Below are positions 36,950-45,858 of a stretch of 64,000 bases of DNA, in pieces. Each line of letters opens with the position of its first letter. Position 1 is the first letter of the stretch. The notes under the pieces are model-generated. The model was not told where the DNA came from. It saw nothing but the letters and a program-made list of their open reading frames with translations, and searched no databases. Source of the DNA: an uncultured Gammaproteobacteria bacterium (GTDB lineage: Bacteria; Patescibacteriota; Microgenomatia; Levybacterales; GWA1-39-11); assembly GCA_964450885.1 (NCBI GenBank), contig CAYVFE010000001.1, forward strand, positions 1,278 to 65,277, written 5' to 3'. The position numbers were made by a program, and so were the translations under genes.

Positions 36950-37378
36950 CTAATTTGGAAGTTTTTCTATCTGTGGCAGCGCTTTTTTAAATATATCTTT
37001 TTCTCCCTTATGGGTAAGTGTCTCAAGTACTCTTTCTGATTCGACCCATTCTACCTCTTCCATCTCAAAATCGTGATCCGTTATATCACCACCGATATAC
37101 TTCATTATGAAGTAATAAACGGTCTTTTTTCGTCTTTCTCCATCCCACGCGTACCAGAAAGTAGTTGGCTCTAAAGCCTCCTGTATCTGCCCCAACGCTC
37201 CTGTCTCCTCTTTTACCTCACGTAAAGCTGCATCCTCCTTACTTTCCTTCTTATCGCGGTCTATAAGACCCTTAGGAAAAACCCAGCCCTTGTGGTACGA
37301 GTGTTTCGCGAGTAAAACAAATAGTTTGTTTTTTTCTTTTTTATAGACAACTCCCCCAGCGCTAAATTCGAATTTCAT
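36950..37378 (-). CDS. NUDIX hydrolase
   Basis: Nudix box 'GWVFPKG...ALREVKEETG'. Confidence 0.8.
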   Translation of the reverse strand: MKFEFSAGGVVYKKEKNKLFVLLAKHSYHKGWVFPKGLIDRDKKESKEDAALREVKEETGALGQIQEALEPTTFWYAWDGERRKKTVYYFIMKYIGGDITDHDFEMEEVEWVESERVLETLTHKGEKDIFKKALPQIEKLPN

Positions 37379-37380
37379 AA

Positions 37381-38580
37381 TTAAACCATTCCCTGAGATA
37401 CATCGAATTCATAAGCTTTTTTGACTGCTTTTGCGATAGCTGGAACAACAGACTTATCCAGAGGAGACGGCAAAATATTTTCCACTGTAGGCTTATCTAC
37501 AGATTGAGCTAGTGCGAAAGCTGCCATTATCTTCATGTGATTTGTGATAGTTTTTGCTCGGGCATCGAGGGCTCCACGGAATACACCCGGAAAGGCCAGC
37601 ACGTTATTTACCTGATTAGGAAAGTCTGACCTACCTGTTCCGACTATAAAAGCTCCTGCTTCTTTTGCTTTATCAGGCATTATTTCCGGTATAGGATTTG
37701 CCATCGCAAGGATGATTGCTTTCTCATTCATCTTCTTTATGAACCTTGGATCAAATATTTTTCCTTTGCTTACCCCTATAAAGACGTCTGCATCCTCTAT
37801 AGCATCAGAAAGTTTTCCCTCCCTGTTCTGCCTATTTGTGATACTTGCAAGCCTCATTTTATAGGGATTGTTCTGAATATCAGACCGTGTCTTGTTTATT
37901 ATCCCCTCACTATCACAAACGATTATTTCACGGACAGGCTCGCAAACCTTCGGATCGTATCCGACACAAAGCAGAAGGTTTGCGATAGCAGTCCCTGCAG
38001 CTCCTGCTCCATTTATGACCACCTTTAAATCCGTAAGCTTTTTTCCAGCAAGTTTTGCTGAATTTATAAGAGCCGCAAGAAGAACGATTGCAGTACCATG
38101 CTGGTCATCATGAAAAACTGGAATTCCTACTTTTTGGAGTGCGTCCTCTATCTCGAAGCATCTGGGAGCTGAGATATCCTCCAAATTCACACCACCAAAG
38201 ACCGGCGAGATATTTTTCACCAGATTTATTATCTCAAATGAATTTTGAGTCTTAACAGTTATCGGGAAGGCGTCAATATTTGCATATTCCTTAAATAAAA
38301 TCGCCTTTCCTTCCATAACAGGAATTGCCGCATAAGGCCCGATATTCCCCAAACCCAATACCGCAGAACCATCAGAGACAATAGCAACTGAGTTGTGCTT
38401 TATAGTAAATTCATAGGCCTTGCTTTCATCTTTGGCTATTTGCCGCGACACCTCAGCAACTCCTGGGGTATAAACCCTTGACAAATCTTCACGTGTTTTT
38501 ACCTCAACTTTTGATTTTATCTCAAGTTTCCCTCTTTTTCTTTTATGAAGAGTTATAGATTCTTTATATATATCAGCCAT
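37381..38580 (-). CDS. maeA: NAD(P)-dependent malic enzyme (short form)
   Basis: 'VYTPGVAEVS', 'GLGNIGP' and Rossmann 'INGAGAAG' motifs. 399 aa. Confidence 0.8.
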   Translation of the reverse strand: MADIYKESITLHKRKRGKLEIKSKVEVKTREDLSRVYTPGVAEVSRQIAKDESKAYEFTIKHNSVAIVSDGSAVLGLGNIGPYAAIPVMEGKAILFKEYANIDAFPITVKTQNSFEIINLVKNISPVFGGVNLEDISAPRCFEIEDALQKVGIPVFHDDQHGTAIVLLAALINSAKLAGKKLTDLKVVINGAGAAGTAIANLLLCVGYDPKVCEPVREIIVCDSEGIINKTRSDIQNNPYKMRLASITNRQNREGKLSDAIEDADVFIGVSKGKIFDPRFIKKMNEKAIILAMANPIPEIMPDKAKEAGAFIVGTGRSDFPNQVNNVLAFPGVFRGALDARAKTITNHMKIMAAFALAQSVDKPTVENILPSPLDKSVVPAIAKAVKKAYEFDVSQGMV

Positions 38581-38629
38581 ACTTTATCTTATTTATTTTT
38601 ATGTAAAATTCCAAATGAATTTTAAGTTG

Positions 38630-38715
38630 CGGAGAGTACAGGATTCGAACCTGTGAATCCGACGAGCGGATCGAGTTTTCGAAACTCGCGCAATTGACCA
38701 CTATGCGAACTCTCC
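38630..38715 (-). tRNA. tRNA-Ser (anticodon CGA), type II
   Basis: Acceptor GGAGAGU/ACUCUCC, anticodon stem CGAGU/ACUCG with loop UUCGAAA, long variable arm, T-arm ACAGG-UUCGAAU-CCUGU. Confidence 0.8.
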
Positions 38716-38720
38716 ATATG

Positions 38721-38794
38721 CGTCCCCGAGTGGGGTCGAACCACCAACCTTTGGATCCGCAATCCAATGCTCTATCCATTAAGCTACGGGGACA
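38721..38794 (-). tRNA. tRNA-Arg (anticodon GCG)
   Basis: Acceptor GUCCCCG/CGGGGAC, anticodon stem UUGGA/UCCAA with loop UUGCGGA, T-arm GGUGG-UUCGACC-CCACU. Confidence 0.7.
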
Positions 38795-38842
38795 CGTACT
38801 CGTATTTTAGAAGAATGTGCCCATTTAATCAATAATTATGGG

Positions 38843-39376
38843 CTAGCGTCTTTCGAGTGGGAAATTGTGGGATAACCAGTCCCCAGAACGCTCCATGAAC
38901 GTAGGTTTTACCACTTCGCGATAAGGAAGATATGTCACCATAACACGCCTCACATGATGCGGATGAAGTTCGCCTAGCGGAATCTGCACCTCCCCCGGAA
39001 TAAGTGGTTTTGTGCGTACGACCAAAACATCCGCGCCCTCAATTCTTTTAAAATAAAAATCGTAGAGCTCATCCCAGATAAAAAAGTGGTCCTCAACCTT
39101 TATGCCCTGATTGCTGATTCTGTAGTGAAAATTTCGTGGCGGAACGGTAGCAAGTGCCACTGATAGAAAATACAGTGCACCCACTACGAACATAAATAAA
39201 TATTGTTGAAAAAGAAACAATAGAACCTCGACTAGAAATGCGATCAAAAGCCCGTTGAGATAATATTCTTTACCTTTTGCCTTAAAGGGTCTACCAGGAG
39301 CACTCCAAGACAAAAGAGTTTTTATGTCTGAAAAATCCGAATGGTTATCGTGGGGTGTGTCTTCTCGCCTGTCCAT
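38843..39376 (-). CDS. Hypothetical membrane protein
   Basis: 177 aa; two central TM helices. No motif recognised. Confidence 0.45.
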   Translation of the reverse strand: MDRREDTPHDNHSDFSDIKTLLSWSAPGRPFKAKGKEYYLNGLLIAFLVEVLLFLFQQYLFMFVVGALYFLSVALATVPPRNFHYRISNQGIKVEDHFFIWDELYDFYFKRIEGADVLVVRTKPLIPGEVQIPLGELHPHHVRRVMVTYLPYREVVKPTFMERSGDWLSHNFPLERR

Positions 39377-39414
39377 AGTTTAACTATAGCCCACAAGCTT
39401 AAAAAAGACAATAT

Positions 39415-40281
39415 TTATAGCTCGGCAAGAACGGTGCTGTCCCCGTTTTTGACTTCTTTTATATATTGCAGGTAGCGCTCAGTCGAAGAAAGTCTCTTGT
39501 GACCTAGAACCTTTGATAAAAATACCAAAGAAACGCCTTGCTTGAGGTGATGTGCGACAAATGTGTGCCTCAGGTCATTTATCTTTACCTTCTCTATACC
39601 TGCTTTTTTGAAATAACGCTCTACAGCATCCCTAATATTCCTGACCAGAAAAGGCCTACCGGTTTTGGTGACGAAAACATAATCTGACTCTGTCTTTGTA
39701 CGCGTATCCATATATCGCTTTAAGGAATCTTTTGCCCTGCGGTTCAAAGGCACCTCTCTTTGTGGATGACCTTCATATGCTCTAATCGTTAATGTGGAAT
39801 CATTTATGTCTTCTACTCTAAGATTCGCGAGCTCGCCAATCCTTATTCCTGTCTGTAAAAGTATTTCTATGATTGCATATATTCTAGGGTCTACAGATGC
39901 AGCGTCGCGGAGCGCTCGATACTCCATAGGAGACAGTACTCTAGGTGGATTAAGCTCATATTTTGGATGGTCAACCAGAAGAGATGGGTCATCTGTTATA
40001 AATTCATTTACCTTGAGGTATCTGTAAAAGGTCCTCGTGGAATTTAGTTTTCTAGACAATGATTTAGGCGTATAGCCTTCATCTTGAAGTTTTGACAAAA
40101 AGGCTTGTATGTCTGCACTTCCTACTTCGTGAACGTTTTTTTTATCCAATTCCTCGAGAAAAGACACTAGCTGATCTAGGTCTTTTCCATATGCTAAAAT
40201 GGTGGCTGATGCTCTATTTTTGCCTTTCAGAAAATCCTGAAATTTTGCGTGGGCATCACGGAGCTTTGTAATCTCTGGCAT
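39415..40281 (-). CDS. xerC: Tyrosine recombinase XerC/XerD family
   Basis: N-terminal SAM-like domain. Catalytic 'R...LRHTFVAHHL...GH..LSSTERYLQY' (R-H-R-Y signature). Confidence 0.85.
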   Translation of the reverse strand: MPEITKLRDAHAKFQDFLKGKNRASATILAYGKDLDQLVSFLEELDKKNVHEVGSADIQAFLSKLQDEGYTPKSLSRKLNSTRTFYRYLKVNEFITDDPSLLVDHPKYELNPPRVLSPMEYRALRDAASVDPRIYAIIEILLQTGIRIGELANLRVEDINDSTLTIRAYEGHPQREVPLNRRAKDSLKRYMDTRTKTESDYVFVTKTGRPFLVRNIRDAVERYFKKAGIEKVKINDLRHTFVAHHLKQGVSLVFLSKVLGHKRLSSTERYLQYIKEVKNGDSTVLAEL

Positions 40282-40311
40282 AATAAATTTGAGCCTATAA
40301 TATCAGTAACT

Positions 40312-40662
40312 ATGAAGTTTGTCAACTATAAGATTTTAATCGGAGGTGCTTTGATAATTATATTCGTTATCTTACTTGTAAACACTGGAAGGGAGCTTCT
40401 GACTATACAAAAAAATGGATCACTCATAAAACAGCTTGAAAATGAGCTCGAACGCAAAGAAAATCATAACAAATTCCTTCAAGAACAACTAAAGTATGTG
40501 CAGACCGAGGATTTTATCGAAAAAGAATCTCGAGAACGTCTGGGACTGGTCAAACCTGGCGAGGTAGTAGTTCAAGAAAGATTTGAATCTAAGATACAGG
40601 AAAATATTCAGAAACAGATTGAAAAACCTAACTGGAAACAGTGGATGGAGTTATTCTTCTAG
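40312..40662 (+). CDS. ftsB: Septum formation initiator FtsB/DivIC-like
   Basis: Single TM then coiled coil. 'EKESRERLGLVKPGEVVV' is the hallmark FtsB/DivIC C-terminal motif. Confidence 0.65.
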   Translation: MKFVNYKILIGGALIIIFVILLVNTGRELLTIQKNGSLIKQLENELERKENHNKFLQEQLKYVQTEDFIEKESRERLGLVKPGEVVVQERFESKIQENIQKQIEKPNWKQWMELFF

Positions 40663-40672
40663 ATTGTGTTGC

Positions 40673-40742
40673 GGAGTAAGGAGTTGAACCTTATCTAGGA
40701 GATTATGAGCCTCCTGTGCAGCCGTACACTACCCCGCGTAAC
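40673..40742 (-). tRNA. tRNA-like element with CAU anticodon, non-canonical (one connector nucleotide and a 4-bp T-stem, or equivalent); possibly a second tRNA-Met/Ile2
   Basis: Acceptor GCGGGGU/ACUCCGC, anticodon stem GGAGG/UCUCC with loop CUCAUAA, T-loop UUCAACU. Only ~68 nt. Hand fold only. Confidence 0.4.
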
Positions 40743-40841
40743 CTTAAAACTCAAGGTGAGGTATCATTATAAGATTTAAATTTGTAGCTGTCAAACCTGA
40801 TAATTGTGTTTTTGTAGTTTCTTTAGTAAAATAAGTCCTTA

Positions 40842-41537
40842 ATGAAAAGAGAAGAGCTAAAAGCAGACAAAAGATCCGTAACCGGCAAAAAGGTAAAACA
40901 ATTACGCCGTGAAGGAATAACTCCTGCAAACATCTACGGAAAGGCTTTCGAATCAATTAGCATACAGCTTCCTGTTAAAGACTTTGAAGCCATGTATAGC
41001 AAAGTTCGTGAGACGGGACTTATCGATATAGTCGTAGGTAAAGATACCTATCCAGTTCTAATTCACAACGTTCAAAGAAATCCTATAAGCCGAGACGCAG
41101 TACACGTAGATTTTTATAAAGTGAATCTTAAAGAGAAAGTCAAAACGTCTATTCCAGTTGTAGCAATCGACGATGCTGAGGCAGAAAAACAAAAAGTTGG
41201 AGCGCTTATGCAATCCCTAAATGAGGTAGAAGTGGAAGCATTACCAACTGAGCTACCTGAGAATATCGAAGTATCTGTCGCGCACCTTGCTGCGATAGAC
41301 GACCATATACTGGTATCTGACCTCAAATCACCTACTGGAGTCGAGATACTGACGGCACCAGACAGCACTGTATTTAGGATTGCTGAGCTAGTTTCTCAGG
41401 AAGCTGAAGAACTTGAAGCAGAAGAAACAGCTGAGGCTGAGGCTGCTGCCGAAGAGAGTGGCGCAGCCAGCCAAGAGGGTGAAAAGAAAGAAGAATCAGG
41501 CGAAGAGCCTAAAGAAGAATCAAAACCTCAGGAATAA
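40842..41537 (+). CDS. rplY: 50S ribosomal protein L25 / general stress protein Ctc form (acidic C-terminal extension)
   Basis: 'RSVTGKKVKQLRREG..PANIYG' N-terminus typical of L25/Ctc. Glu/Ala-rich tail. Confidence 0.85.
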   Translation: MKREELKADKRSVTGKKVKQLRREGITPANIYGKAFESISIQLPVKDFEAMYSKVRETGLIDIVVGKDTYPVLIHNVQRNPISRDAVHVDFYKVNLKEKVKTSIPVVAIDDAEAEKQKVGALMQSLNEVEVEALPTELPENIEVSVAHLAAIDDHILVSDLKSPTGVEILTAPDSTVFRIAELVSQEAEELEAEETAEAEAAAEESGAASQEGEKKEESGEEPKEESKPQE

Positions 41538-41927
41538 TTACTTTGCGTCCGAAATTATCTCCTCTTGAAGATTTATCGCATTCGAAAATAAAGGATCCAA
41601 AACTATAGATTTGTTTACGAGTTTTAGTGCGGTTTCCTTCTTATTGAGTTCAATAGCCGCAATCGCTGCATTATAGAGCACGTCCGGGGAATTCGGATAC
41701 TCTTCTACTCTCTCCATCCAAAAGACGAACCTATCCTGTCTAGTCTTTTGGTTCATGTAACTATCCTCAAGCATATTCTGCAGAACAAATATCGAAAAAA
41801 GCATAACTACAAGAGTCGAAAGCAAACAAAGAGTCCCCAGAATCAATAAATTCCTGCTTACCTGGTTGCCTCTTAATCCCAATTTGGATACAATTTTCCT
41901 GATTTTTTGCATAGTGTATTTTAACAA
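41538..41927 (-). CDS. Hypothetical membrane-anchored protein with TPR-like helical C-terminus
   Basis: 129 aa, one TM. No motif recognised. Confidence 0.4.
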   Translation of the reverse strand: MLKYTMQKIRKIVSKLGLRGNQVSRNLLILGTLCLLSTLVVMLFSIFVLQNMLEDSYMNQKTRQDRFVFWMERVEEYPNSPDVLYNAAIAAIELNKKETALKLVNKSIVLDPLFSNAINLQEEIISDAK

Positions 41928-41973
41928 AATTTATTGACAATAAGCATCGATAAGCACTATTATAACTAAATTC

Positions 41974-43746
41974 ATGTGTGGAATATTCGGCTTCGTGTCA
42001 GATAACGCTTTACCTTCACAGATAGTATTTTCGGGTCTTAAGAGTCTAGAGTACCGCGGGTACGATTCATGGGGTATTGCCGTAAAACAAAAAGGCGGGA
42101 TCAAATCATACAAAAAAACCGGCAAGCTACCACATACTCTAAACCCAAATCTATCTAGAAACACTACTTCGCTTGCGATAGGTCACACGCGTTGGGCTAC
42201 TCACGGAGGTGTTACACAAAACAATGCGCACCCGCATATGGACTGTCAAAATAAGCTCGCTCTTGTCCACAATGGAATTCTCGAAAACCATGAAAAGCTA
42301 AAATCAAGCCTTTTGAAAAAAGGGCATAAATTTAAATCTGACACAGATACTGAGGTTATAGTGCATCTGATAGAAGAGGAGCTGAAAACGAATGGCTTTG
42401 CGACAGCTGTCAGGAACTCTTTTGCGAGGATGAAAGGACTGAATGCATTTGTCGTGATAAATTCCAACTCAAAAGAGATGATTGCAGCAAAAAACGGCTC
42501 ACCCCTTATAATCGGCATAGGCAACAATGAGTTTTTTATATCGTCAGACATCGCAAGTGTTCTACCTCATACTACAAAGATTGCGATCCTAAGGGACTAC
42601 GAAATGGCGATTCTAGGAAGCAAGCTGCAGATTCTCTCTCTTAACACAGGAGAAAAAGTAGCCCCAAAGATAGAAACGGTCGAATGGAACACAAAAGAAC
42701 ATGAAAAAGGAAAATACAAACATTTTTTCATCAAGGAAATACACGAAGAACCTGAAGTTGTAAGAAGGATCGCTATAAATGCTATAGCAGGGACTAAAAC
42801 GCTTTCGGAGCACATAGGCAATGCTTATGGAACTTTTATGATTGGTTGTGGATCGGCATCCTATGCTGGAATTGCTGGAATCTACCTTTTTAGTCAGATA
42901 GCAAAAAAACATCTGAATATGGCTGTGGGGTCAGAATTTAAATATCAGGAAGACTTTGTAACCAGCAAAACTCTAGTTATTCCTATATCCCAAAGCGGAG
43001 AATCAATAGATGTCATAGAACCAGTATCGCGTGTCAAGAAGAAAGGCGCAAAAATCGCGTCGCTAGTCAATGTAATGGGATCAACCCTGTATCGCATGTC
43101 TGACTTTAATATTCTTCTCGAGTCTGGAACCGAAAAAGCAGTCGTTGCCACAAAGAGCTTTACTGCGATGGTCGCAACACTTATTCTGACCGCCTACACT
43201 CTCGCAGGCAAGCAAAAAGAGGGACAAAAACTACTTCTAGACGCATCTTCTGATATCACAAATATCCTCAAGCCTGCGTATATAAAGCTCATAAAATCCC
43301 TTGTAAGGCAAATCAATTCTAAAGAACACCTCTATATAATAGGTAGGGGCCTTTCCTACCCCGTGGCTCTTGAAGCGACACTTAAGCTAAAAGAGGCTTC
43401 ATACGCACACGCCGAAGCATTCCCGGGAGGAGAATTAAAACACGGTGTAATAGCCCTCATCGAGAAAGGCACCCCTTGCATTGTATTTGCTCCAAATGAT
43501 GAAACTTATGACGAGATAATCTCAAATGCTCAGGAAGTAAAAGTCAGAGGGGCTTTCATAATCGGAATCGGACCCAAAAAAAATAATGTGTTTGACGTCT
43601 ATCTACCGACTGCTGATTTAAAACATGCCACAATACTCTCTCAGGTTGCTGTAGCACATCTACTTGGGTATTATCTCTCGCTTGCGCGTGGGGTAAAAGA
43701 TCCGGACAAGCCACGGAATCTCGCAAAAAGTGTTACCGTGAAATAG
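41974..43746 (+). CDS. glmS: Glutamine--fructose-6-phosphate aminotransferase
   Basis: 'MCGIFG' Ntn-amidotransferase start, two SIS domains, C-terminal '...KSVTVK'. Confidence 0.92.
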   Translation: MCGIFGFVSDNALPSQIVFSGLKSLEYRGYDSWGIAVKQKGGIKSYKKTGKLPHTLNPNLSRNTTSLAIGHTRWATHGGVTQNNAHPHMDCQNKLALVHNGILENHEKLKSSLLKKGHKFKSDTDTEVIVHLIEEELKTNGFATAVRNSFARMKGLNAFVVINSNSKEMIAAKNGSPLIIGIGNNEFFISSDIASVLPHTTKIAILRDYEMAILGSKLQILSLNTGEKVAPKIETVEWNTKEHEKGKYKHFFIKEIHEEPEVVRRIAINAIAGTKTLSEHIGNAYGTFMIGCGSASYAGIAGIYLFSQIAKKHLNMAVGSEFKYQEDFVTSKTLVIPISQSGESIDVIEPVSRVKKKGAKIASLVNVMGSTLYRMSDFNILLESGTEKAVVATKSFTAMVATLILTAYTLAGKQKEGQKLLLDASSDITNILKPAYIKLIKSLVRQINSKEHLYIIGRGLSYPVALEATLKLKEASYAHAEAFPGGELKHGVIALIEKGTPCIVFAPNDETYDEIISNAQEVKVRGAFIIGIGPKKNNVFDVYLPTADLKHATILSQVAVAHLLGYYLSLARGVKDPDKPRNLAKSVTVK

Positions 43747-45814
43747 TCGGCCACTCTGAGGTAATAAGCGGCTTATCATTAAATTTCCCATAAATCTCCT
43801 CGGTCACAAACGGCATGATGGGGTGTAAAAGTTTTAGAATTGTTGCATAAACAAACTCTAAGCAAGGTTGTGCTTGTGCCCTTCTCTCTTTTGTACTCTC
43901 TATATACTTATCAGCAAACTCGTGCCAAACAAATTCGTAAAGTATTTCTGAGATATCATTGAAGCGATAACTTTCATAAGCCTTATCTACTTTTTTTATG
44001 ACATCGTTGAGCTTTTCAATTATTTCCTTATCGTCTTTATGGCTGCTTATTTCTGCTTTCGCGTCGTCGGGCTTGAAGTCTATCAAAAATCTTCCCATAT
44101 TCCATAGTTTATTCGTAAAACGACGGGAAGCCTCTAGCTTTGGATAAGAAAGGCTTTGATCATTTCCAGTAGCCGTTCCATATACTAGTGCAAAGCGCAC
44201 AGCATCTGCGCCGTATTCGTCCGCGAGCTCGAGAGGATTAACGACATTTCCCTTACTTTTACTCATCTTTTTTCCCAAAGGATCATTAACAAGCCCATGT
44301 AAAACTACATTTTCAAATGGAACCTTTTTAGTCACATAAAGACCCATCATAACCATTCGGGCAACCCACCAGCGCAAAATGTCATACCCGGTCTCCATAA
44401 CACTGGTCGGATAAAACTTTTCATACTCCCCGGTTGTCTGTAGCGTCGCAAATGGCCACTGAGACGAGCTAAACCATGTATCAAACGTATCGGTATCTTG
44501 AATTAAATCATTTGAATTGCATTTCGAGCATTTTTCAACAACTTCTCCCGTGCTTACCATCCAATTCGAACATTTTTCGCATTTGAAAGCTGGAATCCTG
44601 ATGCCCCACACCACCTGACGTGAAATGTTCCAATCGCGAATGTTTTCCAGGAATTGAAAATAAAGTTTCTCAAAGCTCTTAGGATATATCTTTATATCGC
44701 CATTTTTAACCGCATCTATCGCAGGCTTTGCAAGAGGCTCCATCTTCACAAACCATTGTTCAAGAGGAAGAGGCTCTAGGTTGTTTTTACATTTATAGCA
44801 GGTTTTTATGACCATCTTGTGCGGCTCTTCTTTTACAAGTAGCCCTTTTTCTTCAAGCATCTCGAGAATCTTTTTTCTCGCCTGCTTGATATATAGACCA
44901 TCAAGAACTTTTGTATTTTGCATCTTTCCATCAAAACCTATTATTGGAGGAAATGTTAGCTTGTGCTTTTTGGCTACTTCATAGTCGTTGAAGTCGTGAC
45001 TAGGCGTAACCTTTACAGCTCCCGTTCCAAACTCAGGCTGTACATAATCATCTGCAATTATGGGTATTTCCCTGTCTACAATGGGAAGCACAACTGTTTT
45101 TCCGATAAAACTCTTATACCTTTCGTCTTTTGGGTTTACCATGACAGCAACATCCCCCAACATCGTCTCCGGTCTCGTGGTCGCTATCTGGATCTGTCCA
45201 CCACCTTTAATGGGAAAATCTATATAATACAAAACTCCATCTTTCTCTACATTTATAACTTCCAGATCAGAAAAACTCGTCCCGTCAAAAGTGCAGTAGT
45301 TAACCAATCTTAAATCCCGATAGACGAGTCCGTCGTCATAAAGTTTTTTGAAATTCTCATGAACAATCTTAACTATGTCTTCATCCATCGTGAATTTTAA
45401 CCTACTCCAATCGAGAGAGAATCCAAGCTTTCGAAGTTGATCTTCCATCCCACCCCTATTATTTTGTACAAAATTCCAGATATCGGAAAAGAGCTTCTCG
45501 CGGTCGTAATCAAACCTACTCTCTCCCTTTGCCGCCAAGTGCTTCTCATAGACAAACTGTGTCTCAAATCCAGCGTGATCTGCTCCCGGTAGCCAAAGAG
45601 CGGCAAAACCTTTCATCCTGTGATAACGGATAAGTATATCCTCCACAACATACATAGCGTGGCCGAAATGGAGCGGCGCGTTGGCATTTGGAGGTGGAAG
45701 AATTATTGAATAAGGCTCGCCATCCGGATTAACTTCGGGCTTGAAGCTCCCGCTTTCCTCCCACTTTTTATAGATATTATCCTCAACTTTTTTGTGATCG
45801 TATGCTTTATCCAT
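43733..45814 (-). CDS. valS: Valine--tRNA ligase (short form lacking the C-terminal coiled coil)
   Basis: 'PPPNANAPLHFGHA' HIGH region, 'DTWFSS', 'KMSKSKGN'. 693 aa. Confidence 0.75.
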   Translation of the reverse strand: MDKAYDHKKVEDNIYKKWEESGSFKPEVNPDGEPYSIILPPPNANAPLHFGHAMYVVEDILIRYHRMKGFAALWLPGADHAGFETQFVYEKHLAAKGESRFDYDREKLFSDIWNFVQNNRGGMEDQLRKLGFSLDWSRLKFTMDEDIVKIVHENFKKLYDDGLVYRDLRLVNYCTFDGTSFSDLEVINVEKDGVLYYIDFPIKGGGQIQIATTRPETMLGDVAVMVNPKDERYKSFIGKTVVLPIVDREIPIIADDYVQPEFGTGAVKVTPSHDFNDYEVAKKHKLTFPPIIGFDGKMQNTKVLDGLYIKQARKKILEMLEEKGLLVKEEPHKMVIKTCYKCKNNLEPLPLEQWFVKMEPLAKPAIDAVKNGDIKIYPKSFEKLYFQFLENIRDWNISRQVVWGIRIPAFKCEKCSNWMVSTGEVVEKCSKCNSNDLIQDTDTFDTWFSSSQWPFATLQTTGEYEKFYPTSVMETGYDILRWWVARMVMMGLYVTKKVPFENVVLHGLVNDPLGKKMSKSKGNVVNPLELADEYGADAVRFALVYGTATGNDQSLSYPKLEASRRFTNKLWNMGRFLIDFKPDDAKAEISSHKDDKEIIEKLNDVIKKVDKAYESYRFNDISEILYEFVWHEFADKYIESTKERRAQAQPCLEFVYATILKLLHPIMPFVTEEIYGKFNDKPLITSEWPTISR

Positions 45815-45858
45815 CGTGAAGTGATTGTATCACGCTACTTTTTCTGAGGCAAAGGGGA

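Noticed and set aside
38573-38779. 68-aa ORF spanning the tRNA-Ser/tRNA-Arg pair, and the 5' extension of the murI ORF (to 36153) over tRNA-Met
   Set aside because: They overlap clearly foldable tRNA genes. The murI ORF has an internal Met (36102) that gives a canonical N-terminus without the overlap.
38721-40742. Possible integrated element: Xer-family tyrosine recombinase plus a hypothetical membrane protein, flanked by tRNA-Arg and a tRNA-like CAU element
   Set aside because: The recombinase has the N-terminal domain and catalytic signature of chromosomal XerC/D dimer-resolution enzymes. There is no direct repeat of a tRNA 3' end, no cargo/phage genes, and no obvious composition shift. 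Most likely housekeeping xerC next to a tRNA cluster.
41928-41973. glmS ribozyme upstream of glmS
   Set aside because: Only 46 nt separate glmS from the upstream convergent gene. That is far too short for the ~170-nt ribozyme, and no conserved core is visible.
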